Source of the DNA: a virus
Lineage: Duplodnaviria > Heunggongvirae > Uroviricota > Caudoviricetes
Virus record (IMG/VR): IMGVR_UViG_2636415610_000011
Length of the DNA stretch: 10,389 nucleotides
Direction: 5' to 3' (one strand)
Position 1 is the stretch's first letter. Each line of letters opens with the position of its first letter. Below are positions 1 to 6,764 of this stretch, one piece after another. The notes beneath the pieces were generated by a model that saw only the letters and a program-made list of their open reading frames with translations, was not told the origin of the DNA and made no database searches. A program made the position numbers and the translations under genes.

Positions 1-1260
1 ATGCCAAAACTCACAGATATGCAGATCCGCGCATGGATAAAGGCGGGAGACAGATTTGATGGCAAGGCAGACGGCAACGGCCTTTATATTTGCTACCCCA
101 AAAACTACACAGTCCCGTTCTGGCGATTCCGCTATAAGCTCGCAGGAAAGCAGCGGGCTATGGTTATAGGCTCTTACTCCGAACTGTCACTATCAAAAGC
201 CAGAGAAACAGCAAAAGAGCTGTCAGCCAGAGTTGCTCTTGGCTATGACGTAGCAGCAGAGAAACAGGAACGAAAAGCTGAAGCACTGGCAAAAATGGAG
301 GCTGAGAAAAACGCCATGCGTGTTTCAGATCTGGCCTCCGAATACTTCGAGCGCCAGATACTTCCGAGATGGAAACATCCCGATATCCTTCGCCGGAGAA
401 TTGATAAGGATATTAACCCCTGCATTGGGCATATGAAGGTAGAGGACGTTAAGCCACGCCACATTGACGACATGTTGAAAGGTATCGTTGACCGAGGAGC
501 ACCAACGATAGCAACAGATGTATTACGCTGGACACGCCGTATCTTTGACTATGGGATAAAACGCCACGCTCTGGAGATAAACCCTTGTTCAGCGTTTGAA
601 GTATCTGATGCTGGTGGTAAAGAGGTTTCCCGCGACCGTTGGCTAACTCGCGATGAGCTTATCAGGCTATTCGAGGCTATGCGCACCGCAAAAGGATTCA
701 GCCGCCAGAACGAACTGACATTTAAGCTATTGCTGGCACTATGCGTTCGTAAGATGGAGTTATGCGCCGCACGATGGGAAGAGTTTGATTTAGATGGTGC
801 GGTATGGCATTTGCCGGAAGAACGCAGCAAAAACGGAGACCCTATTGATATACCTCTACCTTCCCCAGCCGTTGAATGGTTGAGAGAGCTACACACCTTT
901 TCATGTAATAGCGCATGGGTGCTTCCGGCCAGGAAGATGCAAAACAGAATGATCCCACATATTCAGGAAAGCACTTTACCCGTAGCACTGGCTAAGGTTC
1001 GCGCCGAAATGCCGGATGTGCCTAATTTCACGATTCACGACTTCCGACGCACCGCACGTACTCATTTAGCAGCGTTGGGTGTTGATCCTGTTGTGGCGGA
1101 ACGATGCCTCAATCATCGCATTAAGGGCGTAGAGGGGATTTATAACCGCCATCAGTATTTTGATGAGCGTAAAGCAGCACTGGCACAGTGGGCTGATCTG
1201 CTGGTGGCACTGGAAAGCGGAAAAGACTACAACGTAACGCCTCTCAGAAGGGCGAACTAA
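1..1260 (+). CDS. int: Tyrosine site-specific integrase, P4-type (N-terminal arm-binding domain of DUF4102 type plus C-terminal catalytic domain)
   Basis: 419-aa ORF. N-terminus LTDMQIRAWIKAGDRFDGKADGNGLYICYP...WRFRYKLAGKQRAMVIGSYSELSLSKARE matches the arm-binding domain pattern of P4-family integrases. C-terminus carries tyrosine-recombinase catalytic residues (HDFRRTARTHL ... LNHRIKGVEGIYNRHQY). ATG at window position 1, so promoter, attL and any tRNA target lie upstream outside the window. Confidence 0.93.
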   Translation: MPKLTDMQIRAWIKAGDRFDGKADGNGLYICYPKNYTVPFWRFRYKLAGKQRAMVIGSYSELSLSKARETAKELSARVALGYDVAAEKQERKAEALAKMEAEKNAMRVSDLASEYFERQILPRWKHPDILRRRIDKDINPCIGHMKVEDVKPRHIDDMLKGIVDRGAPTIATDVLRWTRRIFDYGIKRHALEINPCSAFEVSDAGGKEVSRDRWLTRDELIRLFEAMRTAKGFSRQNELTFKLLLALCVRKMELCAARWEEFDLDGAVWHLPEERSKNGDPIDIPLPSPAVEWLRELHTFSCNSAWVLPARKMQNRMIPHIQESTLPVALAKVRAEMPDVPNFTIHDFRRTARTHLAALGVDPVVAERCLNHRIKGVEGIYNRHQYFDERKAALAQWADLLVALESGKDYNVTPLRRAN

Positions 1261-1355
1261 CTGAATAGATTGAGCCTAGCTCGACGGGGCGAAAAGCGGG
1301 AAGCCTTACCGCCTGGCTCAATCACAAAATAAGGCGCAGCGTAAAAGGTGACGCA

Positions 1356-2321
1356 ATGAACGACTCTCATGAAACAACTGCGGTGCATAGAAATTTATGG
1401 CAGGAATCAGGTATTCCACCTTTGGACTACTGCACGATAGAGCGAGCATCAAAATTATTAAATTGTGAAATTGATGATATATGGCATTGGAAAGATAGAC
1501 TACATATAGACTTTTATGTCTATGCTGACTTTCTTGATTTCATTGAAGCTGATGCCGCCATCCACTTCAAAAAAGATGCTGATTTTATAACTGATTTATT
1601 ACTTATGTACCCAGAAGAAGTAAGGTTTACATTTCCTTTTCTTATTACCAGCGCAAGCAACGAAGTTTATATCCCAGCATCTGAAAGCGGTGCTTATGAG
1701 CTATTTTATGCACATAAACCACTGACAGTTGAAGACAGAGACAATAAAAATGTTTTTGAACAAATTGGCAAAAACTCTTTTATTGTAAGAAAATCAATTG
1801 CATGCGGATTGTTGCGTGTACGCGGTAGTACAACACGACATTATCATTCACAAGAATGTGGAGAGCCATATGTGCGACTTGAAGCAACATTTGATTGTGA
1901 TCTATATAAATTCAAAATGCAAAGTTCCCAGATTCACCTGAGTAGCCTGTCAGATAAAAACATTTATATAACAAAGGCTGATTTAGAATATCTTCACGAC
2001 GCAAAGGTTAATGGAAGTTTTGACGCAGCTAAGAGCAAAAAACGATACGAAATGGCGGTAGAACAGGAACTAATACCTGAAATAAAAAATAGCAACCATA
2101 ATGCCGAGAGACATGCTGAAAACAGGGAAAAACTTTTCAAATCAGCAATATATCTTTTGTCAAAGTATCCTGATGAATGCCGTGGCAAAAAGAAAGAAAT
2201 AAGCCCTGAGAAGTGGCGGGATTGCATAGTGGCTCATAAAGACGAAATTCCACCGTTAGCAATCACAAATGAAGATGTGATTTTGAGACACTTACGTGCT
2301 GCCGCCAACGGTAAGGGGTAG
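1356..2321 (+). CDS. Hypothetical protein, lower-GC orphan cargo gene in the int-alpA slot; function unknown
   Basis: 321-aa ORF with RBS AAGGTG (1345-1350) 5 nt before the ATG. GC is visibly lower than the flanking integrase and alpA (by-eye estimate, about 35-40% versus about 50%). Followed by a strong intrinsic terminator, so it is its own transcription unit. No catalytic motif recognised (no Walker A, HNH or obvious HTH). Confidence 0.75.
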   Translation: MNDSHETTAVHRNLWQESGIPPLDYCTIERASKLLNCEIDDIWHWKDRLHIDFYVYADFLDFIEADAAIHFKKDADFITDLLLMYPEEVRFTFPFLITSASNEVYIPASESGAYELFYAHKPLTVEDRDNKNVFEQIGKNSFIVRKSIACGLLRVRGSTTRHYHSQECGEPYVRLEATFDCDLYKFKMQSSQIHLSSLSDKNIYITKADLEYLHDAKVNGSFDAAKSKKRYEMAVEQELIPEIKNSNHNAERHAENREKLFKSAIYLLSKYPDECRGKKKEISPEKWRDCIVAHKDEIPPLAITNEDVILRHLRAAANGKG

Positions 2322-2336
2322 AGTAGCTAACTATTC

Positions 2337-2367
2337 AGGCACAGTATCATTACTGTGCCTTTTTATT
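2337..2367 (+). terminator. Rho-independent terminator after the orphan gene
   Basis: Perfect 9-bp stem AGGCACAGT (2337-2345) / ACTGTGCCT (2352-2360), 6-nt loop ATCATT, then T-tract TTTTATT (2361-2367); starts 16 nt after the stop codon. Confidence 0.7.
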
Positions 2368-2391
2368 GTTCATATATGTACAGATACTTCC

Positions 2392-2432
2392 TCCCGTAAC
2401 GAAGCAACAACTATCGCTAAGAGGTTACGGGA
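2392..2432. promoter_or_regulatory. Inverted repeat overlapping the alpA ribosome-binding site (putative operator or RBS-sequestering structure)
   Basis: TCCCGTAAC (2392-2400) and GTTACGGGA (2424-2432) are perfect reverse complements separated by 23 nt. The alpA RBS AAGAGG (2419-2424) sits at the loop-stem junction and the ATG is at 2436. Confidence 0.35.
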
Positions 2433-2435
2433 AGC

Positions 2436-2639
2436 ATGAACACCGACACTATTCCTACAAAAGGCTATATCAGACGCTTCCGCCTGGCTGAATTGCTGGG
2501 CGTTAGTGTATCCACCATCGACCGTAAAGTAAGAAACGGTTCACTACCACGTCCGGTAAAGCTGGGAGAAAAAATAACTGCGTTTGATGCGGTTGAGATT
2601 CACAACTGGCTGGCAGAACGCCGCGGGAAGGTGGCCTGA
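2436..2639 (+). CDS. alpA: AlpA/Vis-family small HTH transcriptional regulator / excisionase-like protein
   Basis: 67-aa ORF; IRRFRLAELLGVSVSTIDRKVRNGSLPRPVKLGEKITAFDAVEIHNWL is the characteristic AlpA (prophage CP4-57 regulator) / P4 Vis-like MerR-type HTH. Position downstream of a P4-type integrase is typical. Stop overlaps the next start (TGATG). Confidence 0.85.
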   Translation: MNTDTIPTKGYIRRFRLAELLGVSVSTIDRKVRNGSLPRPVKLGEKITAFDAVEIHNWLAERRGKVA

Positions 2640-3070
2640 TGGAAAAGAAAAACCGCCCATTACAGGCGGCTAATTCAGATATTCGCGTATCTGATGTTAC
2701 GCCCCTTACAAAATCCCTTCAAGAACCAAAGCGCACACCGAAAAAGCATCGTGCCAGAGTCTATATGCTGCGTACTGGTATAGAGGGATGGACAGAAAAT
2801 GACATTCTTCGCTACTGCCGTCTGTCTTCTGGTCGTAACTATGCAACAGAGTTAGAACGCCAGCTTGGAATCACTCTGGAGCGTATCGACGAAAAGAATC
2901 CTGATGGTATCGGAACACACCTTCGCTACCGTTTCTCCTGCCGTGGTGATGTTCTGAAAGTGATCACTCATGTTAACCATCTTGCGAACATAAATGATCA
3001 CAACGGACTTTCTCAGCAGGAAATTGCCGACATTCTGAAACTCTACCCGAACGCGTTTAACGCCGCCTAA
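2639..3070 (+). CDS. Hypothetical protein (143 aa), translationally coupled to alpA
   Basis: ATG 2639 overlaps the alpA stop; RBS GGAAGGTGG upstream. Basic N-terminus (KRTPKKHRAR). No family recognised. Confidence 0.7.
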   Translation: MEKKNRPLQAANSDIRVSDVTPLTKSLQEPKRTPKKHRARVYMLRTGIEGWTENDILRYCRLSSGRNYATELERQLGITLERIDEKNPDGIGTHLRYRFSCRGDVLKVITHVNHLANINDHNGLSQQEIADILKLYPNAFNAA

Positions 3071-3082
3071 CGGAGACTGAAA

Positions 3083-3916
3083 ATGAACATCGAAAAAAGC
3101 AGATTAATTTCTGAGGCCGCCCCTCATCTGAACGCCTCTCTGGGCACAATTAACGGTAATGAATTTGCCGCAATTGTCCCGGTTATTCCTGGTCATATCG
3201 GTGGGCGTGAAACCAATATTGTTAGCGCAAAAGCGTTACACAAAGCGTTGGGCGTGGGAAAAGACTTCTCTACATGGATCACTGATCGCATCTCTGAATA
3301 TGACTTCACCATTGGGCACGATTACTCAGTCCATAAAACAATTTCCCCAAATTTGGGGAAAAGCCCGAATGGCACGGCTTACAGCAAGATTAAGCACTCT
3401 GGCAGACCCGGCAAAGACTATCTGTTAAGTGTCGGAATGGCGAAAGAACTGGCAATGATCGAACGCAATGATCAGGGGCGCGCTATCCGCCGTTATTTCA
3501 TCCAGTGCGAGGAAGAATTACAGCGTAGCGTGCCTGAAATCGCCGCCCGCTATCGTCGCCAGCTAAAAGCCCGTATCAGTGCCGCAAACAACTTTAAGCC
3601 AATGTGCGATGCGCTGAATATGGCCCGTGCCGAGATGGGGAAAACGACGCAGCAACACCACTACACAAACGAGAGCAATATGATTTCTCGTATCGTTCTT
3701 GGTGGGCTAACTGCTAAGCAGTGGGCGCGGATAAATGGCTATTCTGGCGAACCTCGCGACCATATGAACGCAGAACAGCTTGAGCACCTCTCATATCTCG
3801 AAAGCACCAATATCACGTTAATTGATATGGGCATGGAATATGAGCAGCGCAAAGGAGAACTCACCCGCCTGTCGCAACGCTGGCTCGCTAAGCGTCTGGA
3901 GGCGGTCCATGTTTAA
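3083..3916 (+). CDS. Phage antirepressor-like protein (AntA/Rha/Bro-N-type N-terminal domain)
   Basis: 277-aa ORF with RBS GGAG (3072-3075). N-terminal region NIVSAKALHKALGVGKDFSTWITDRISEYDF...GRPGKDYLLSVGMAKELAMIERNDQGRAIRRYFIQCEEEL matches the conserved AntA/Rha-type antirepressor DNA-binding domain. C-terminal half not recognised. Confidence 0.8.
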   Translation: MNIEKSRLISEAAPHLNASLGTINGNEFAAIVPVIPGHIGGRETNIVSAKALHKALGVGKDFSTWITDRISEYDFTIGHDYSVHKTISPNLGKSPNGTAYSKIKHSGRPGKDYLLSVGMAKELAMIERNDQGRAIRRYFIQCEEELQRSVPEIAARYRRQLKARISAANNFKPMCDALNMARAEMGKTTQQHHYTNESNMISRIVLGGLTAKQWARINGYSGEPRDHMNAEQLEHLSYLESTNITLIDMGMEYEQRKGELTRLSQRWLAKRLEAVHV

Positions 3917-4091
3917 GCCGACAGGAACACCACAACCTCAAAAACGCTACAAAGATGCCCACGGAGCACTCGTTACTGTCGAAAGCGTGTCTCACAACCG
4001 AGTGACGTTTTATCGCGACGGGTATCAATCGCCATGCGTACAACCGCTGGCACGTTTCATGAAGGAGTTCGCGGAGGTTAACAAATGCTAA
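3909..4091 (+). CDS. Small hypothetical protein (60 aa), possibly DUF4222-like
   Basis: RBS GGAGG (3898-3902) 6 nt before ATG 3909; start overlaps the upstream stop by 8 nt (translational coupling). The ORF track's longer 3822 start lies inside the upstream gene and is rejected. Pattern YKDAHGALVTV...RVTFYRDGYQSPCVQPLARFMKEF resembles small DUF4222-type prophage proteins, from memory only. Confidence 0.6.
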   Translation: MFKPTGTPQPQKRYKDAHGALVTVESVSHNRVTFYRDGYQSPCVQPLARFMKEFAEVNKC

Positions 4092-5152
4092 CCGCCCAGA
4101 AGAAGACATTTTCACTGGCTGGTATGTCGCCAAAATCCAGCAATATGACAGCAAAGTCAGGCATTAATACAGCAGATACAAGCAAAGTTTATCATTTGCT
4201 GGTGGTAGGAGCGGATGCCTTAACTATGTCAGAAATTACGGTCGATGGTGTTAGCGTTGAGAAGGTCAGCGGCTGCGCCAGAGAATTTCTGGTCGTAGAT
4301 GGCTTTCTCTGCTCGCGTAGTGACTCCACAAAAACCTTCGTCCACGCGCGTGACGTTAACGAAATGAGCGCGATGTACTGTGCTTCTGGTTCTTCCAATA
4401 GTGAGTTTTCGGAGTCCATAAAAAAGAGCTTGCCGTTATGCGGCAACACGGTTTATGGTTATAAGGCACCTCATAAAACGGGTGCCGGGATTGGCGTCCT
4501 GGTAAATCGAATGGCGACATATGACGCGCCGAGCGTCTTTTTTTATGTCGTAGGTCTGACTCACCCATTTTTTGGGCGTTGGTGTATAATCCAGCGCCTT
4601 TGTCAATCAATGGTGGCTCAGGCAGGGGCTTCTTCGGAAGCGCCGGTATCCATTCGAGCCGGTTACGCCAACCCTGTCTGGGCTACCACCAGCGAAATTG
4701 GCGTTTCCGGTGGTAGCGTTACATGCTATCGAATGGAGGCTGCCACATGCTGGCTACTACCCCTACCCAAAAACCGCAATTTATCTGGATTATCGCCGCA
4801 GTTCGCCGCGATTGCCCGACAATTACCGCCAAAATTCATCATATTGCTGCCGAGTCTGAACGCGATGCTCGCCGTTCTCTGGTGCGCGATCACGTCTGCT
4901 TTTTTGCTGGTCGTATCCGCATGGAGGTGGCACATGATTAAAACCTACGATGTGCATATGGATCCCCTCGAACGCACAAGCCAGATCATCACACTGACAG
5001 AAGTGATTAACGACATTCTGGTGAGCAACTCTCCCTCACGAGACGAAAGACTGAAGGCGTTACTCGCGATATTGGATCTCGCCGTTCGTGACGTTCATTT
5101 CCTGCTGGAAGGTGGCGAAATGCCAGTAAAAACGGGGGAAACCAATGAATAA
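4085..5152 (+). CDS. Stop-free 355-codon frame; probably a composite: a roughly 222-aa gene (4085 to about 4753) that has lost its stop and reads through in frame into the 4934-5152 gene
   Basis: RBS GGAGG (4071-4075) and ATG 4085 coupled to the upstream stop (ATGCTAA). Codon usage read by eye looks coding from 4085 to about 4745 (G-rich first positions, few rare codons). The same frame over 4745-4933 is full of rare codons (CTA x3, TTA x3, GGA, CGA, ATA, AGG) while the -1 frame there has none. An automated gene caller would probably report the whole ORF as one hypothetical protein. Confidence 0.4.
   Translation: MLTAQKKTFSLAGMSPKSSNMTAKSGINTADTSKVYHLLVVGADALTMSEITVDGVSVEKVSGCAREFLVVDGFLCSRSDSTKTFVHARDVNEMSAMYCASGSSNSEFSESIKKSLPLCGNTVYGYKAPHKTGAGIGVLVNRMATYDAPSVFFYVVGLTHPFFGRWCIIQRLCQSMVAQAGASSEAPVSIRAGYANPVWATTSEIGVSGGSVTCYRMEAATCWLLPLPKNRNLSGLSPQFAAIARQLPPKFIILLPSLNAMLAVLWCAITSAFLLVVSAWRWHMIKTYDVHMDPLERTSQIITLTEVINDILVSNSPSRDERLKALLAILDLAVRDVHFLLEGGEMPVKTGETNE
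4747..4941 (+). CDS. Small hypothetical protein (64 aa) in the -1 frame relative to the 4085 ORF
   Basis: RBS GGAGG (4735-4739) 7 nt before ATG 4747. All codons are common enteric codons (CTG, CGC, CGT, ATC, CCG, GCC; no rare codons). Stop TAA (4939-4941) overlaps the next ATG (4934) in the same 8-nt coupling arrangement used elsewhere in this operon. Alternative start ATG 4723. Confidence 0.5.
   Translation: MLATTPTQKPQFIWIIAAVRRDCPTITAKIHHIAAESERDARRSLVRDHVCFFAGRIRMEVAHD
4934..5152 (+). CDS. Small hypothetical protein (72 aa)
   Basis: RBS GGAGGTGG (4923-4930) just upstream of ATG 4934; coupled to the upstream stop and to the downstream start (ATG 5145 / TAA 5150-5152). In frame with, and contained in, the 4085-5152 ORF. 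Confidence 0.45.
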   Translation: MIKTYDVHMDPLERTSQIITLTEVINDILVSNSPSRDERLKALLAILDLAVRDVHFLLEGGEMPVKTGETNE

Positions 5153-5339
5153 CTCAATTAATACCCCTCGCCTTACGTCCGCACTTCAATTAATCGAGCA
5201 AGCAGCGGCTGTCCTGGTTGCTGTCAGTCTTTCGGCTGAAGAAATGGACGCTACTGATGTCGTGGATGCGATTAAAGCGTGCTCATCTTTGGTTAACGAT
5301 GCCCGTGCAGAGCTGGTAATTCTTGGGGGTGAAAAATGA
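5145..5339 (+). CDS. Small hypothetical protein (64 aa)
   Basis: ATG 5145 overlaps the upstream stop by 8 nt; G-rich RBS GGGGGA (5134-5139). Ala/Leu-rich, helical-looking sequence. Confidence 0.65.
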   Translation: MNNSINTPRLTSALQLIEQAAAVLVAVSLSAEEMDATDVVDAIKACSSLVNDARAELVILGGEK

Positions 5340-5599
5340 ATATCAACTTAATTTATCGTCATCCGTGTGGGCTGGAAATTGAATCATTGCTGAGCCGTGA
5401 AGAGCCATATCCAGACACATTCACTCTTGCAGATCGCACGACTGAACGGCTTACCAGAGCGCGCACAGGTCTGGTTCATGTGATGAATGAGATTCTTCCA
5501 TCGGTGGGAGGGGAACAGGCGACAGTAATCACTAGCTGGCTACAAAAAGTTACCTCTCTGATAGATATCAGTTTAATCGATGCGGAGAGTGCGAAATGA
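5336..5599 (+). CDS. Small hypothetical protein (87 aa)
   Basis: ATGA start/stop overlap with the upstream gene (5336-5339); RBS GGGGGTG (5323-5329). Confidence 0.7.
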   Translation: MNINLIYRHPCGLEIESLLSREEPYPDTFTLADRTTERLTRARTGLVHVMNEILPSVGGEQATVITSWLQKVTSLIDISLIDAESAK

Positions 5600-5817
5600 C
5601 CAACATCCAGCTCATTGAAGCGCAATGTCGCATCGAACAGGTTCAGACTGTTTTAGGGTTCTGGCTTGAAGGGGCCAGCCCCAGCAACAGAGACAAGTTA
5701 ATGATTGGCGCGGTTATGTCACTGCTCAATGGCGTACCAGAAGCTATTCAGGAAGCAGACGAATTGTTGGGCAAATATGAGTTACAGAATCATTCAGGCG
5801 AGGCGAAACATGAATAA
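5596..5817 (+). CDS. Small hypothetical protein (73 aa)
   Basis: ATGA overlap with the upstream gene (5596-5599); RBS GGAGAG (5584-5589). Confidence 0.7.
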   Translation: MTNIQLIEAQCRIEQVQTVLGFWLEGASPSNRDKLMIGAVMSLLNGVPEAIQEADELLGKYELQNHSGEAKHE

Positions 5818-6412
5818 TTTCTTAACTTTCCATGCAGAAGCAACGCCTGACGGCGTAAACATCATGCACCGCAGCAACGATGGCATGACAGAACGCGTTG
5901 AGACCGTCTCATATATTGATGCCGTAAATCGTCTGGATGCCGGGGATTATGACGATAAACCAGATGAAGGCATGTCAATACATCTCGCTATAGCCGATGG
6001 CGGCAACCAGGGATATTTCGATTACACATCACAGCATAACGTCATTATGTGGAGATGGCTGATCGCAACAGTATTCATGCTGGAAATGAGAGAGGAAAAC
6101 GGCACTGTCAGCATCATTGATGATACTGGCAATCCTTCCGAAGTGGCTGTTTATTCCAACGGCATCGTCGCCATGCCGCTGTATCCAGTAGCAGAGCGCC
6201 TCGCTATGGCAAACAACATTGAGGGCGCGATGATAGAACGTTTTGGCATCGAGTCTGGCACAGAACGCGCCATCATTTTCTACAGAGCCATGATGGATGT
6301 GGAACAAGGAGCACTGACTCCATTTGGTCGTGAAACGCTTGCTGAACTTCACAACAGCTTTATAGCTGAACTGAATGAAAACGGCATGCCAGCGGAACCA
6401 GTGACGCACTGA
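5810..6412 (+). CDS. Hypothetical acidic protein (200 aa)
   Basis: ATG 5810 overlaps the upstream stop (ATGAATAA, stop at 5815-5817); RBS AGGCGAGG upstream. The ORF-track start at 5705 lies deep inside the previous gene in another frame and is rejected. Confidence 0.75.
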   Translation: MNNFLTFHAEATPDGVNIMHRSNDGMTERVETVSYIDAVNRLDAGDYDDKPDEGMSIHLAIADGGNQGYFDYTSQHNVIMWRWLIATVFMLEMREENGTVSIIDDTGNPSEVAVYSNGIVAMPLYPVAERLAMANNIEGAMIERFGIESGTERAIIFYRAMMDVEQGALTPFGRETLAELHNSFIAELNENGMPAEPVTH

Positions 6413-6422
6413 GGATGGAGCC

Positions 6423-6764
6423 ATGATTACTAAAAATTTCCGACTGAATGCGCTGGCAAATAAGTATGCGTCGGCACTGTATAACCACATTACCTCCACC
6501 AGCGGCGGGGACTATTTCATGGTTGATGCGGACGGCGAGGCCGTACGTGTGGAAATCGTCAATGGAGTAAAAGACGTTCGCAGCCTGATCGATAGCTACA
6601 CACTGGCAGCCATGAAAGTGTTCTACCCGCAGTGGGAAACCGTGGGGATCGAGCTTCTTGAGCGTTGCGTCACTAAGGACGGATTGACTGACGTCGGGCG
6701 TGAGATATGGCAAAGCATGGTTAATGACATGGGCGCAACTGTAGCGGGAGGTTCTCATGCGTGA
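6423..6764 (+). CDS. Hypothetical protein (113 aa)
   Basis: RBS GGATGGAG (6414-6421) immediately before ATG 6423, which lies 10 nt after the upstream stop. Confidence 0.75.
   Translation: MITKNFRLNALANKYASALYNHITSTSGGDYFMVDADGEAVRVEIVNGVKDVRSLIDSYTLAAMKVFYPQWETVGIELLERCVTKDGLTDVGREIWQSMVNDMGATVAGGSHA

Noticed and set aside
243-896. Two - strand ORFs (243-473, 549-896) inside the integrase gene
   Set aside because: Antisense to a well-supported integrase; low-complexity Ser/Arg-rich translations with no RBS context; typical shadow ORFs.
1994-2227. - strand 77-aa ORF inside the orphan gene
   Set aside because: Antisense shadow ORF in an AT-rich gene; Leu/Ser/Phe-rich translation and no start context.
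2361-2390. Sigma70-like promoter for alpA in the AT-rich stretch after the terminator
   Set aside because: Only weak hexamers (for example TTATTG and GATACT) at poor spacing; a promoter is expected here but I cannot place it confidently from sequence alone.
3159-3428. + strand 89-aa ORF in an alternate frame inside the antirepressor gene
   Set aside because: Fully nested in another frame of a gene with a recognisable conserved domain; no independent RBS.
3822-3908. Longer N-terminal extension of the 3909 gene (ORF-track start 3822)
   Set aside because: The extension overlaps the antirepressor gene by about 90 nt in another frame; the internal ATG at 3909 has a GGAGG RBS and the standard coupling overlap.
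3888-4154. - strand 88-aa ORF
   Set aside because: Antisense to two coupled + strand genes; no support.
4343-4352. 10-bp perfect palindrome CACGCGCGTG (next to GTTAAC)
   Set aside because: Isolated short palindrome inside a coding-looking frame with no partner half-sites or promoter context; probably coincidental or a restriction-site-like sequence.
4092-4746. Reading 4092-4746 as a long non-coding leader encoding a structured regulatory RNA (P4 CI-RNA analogue)
   Set aside because: The 4085 frame is stop-free for about 220 codons (very unlikely by chance), has a good RBS with translational coupling at its start, and coding-like codon composition, so the region is more likely protein-coding. 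The structural motifs are kept as a low-interest finding instead.
4192-4935. - strand ORFs 4192-4449, 4356-4610, 4726-4935, and + ORF start at 4723
   Set aside because: Antisense ORFs within a co-directional + strand operon with implausible translations. For the + ORF the ATG at 4747 is preferred over 4723 because of the GGAGG RBS spacing; 4723 remains a possible alternative start.
5705-5809. Upstream extension of the 200-aa gene (ORF-track start 5705)
   Set aside because: Would overlap the preceding gene by more than 100 nt in another frame; ATG 5810 fits the operon's coupling pattern and has an RBS.
6029-6758. - strand ORFs 6029-6499 and 6360-6758
   Set aside because: Antisense to well-supported, coupled + strand genes; Cys/His/Ser-rich implausible translations.
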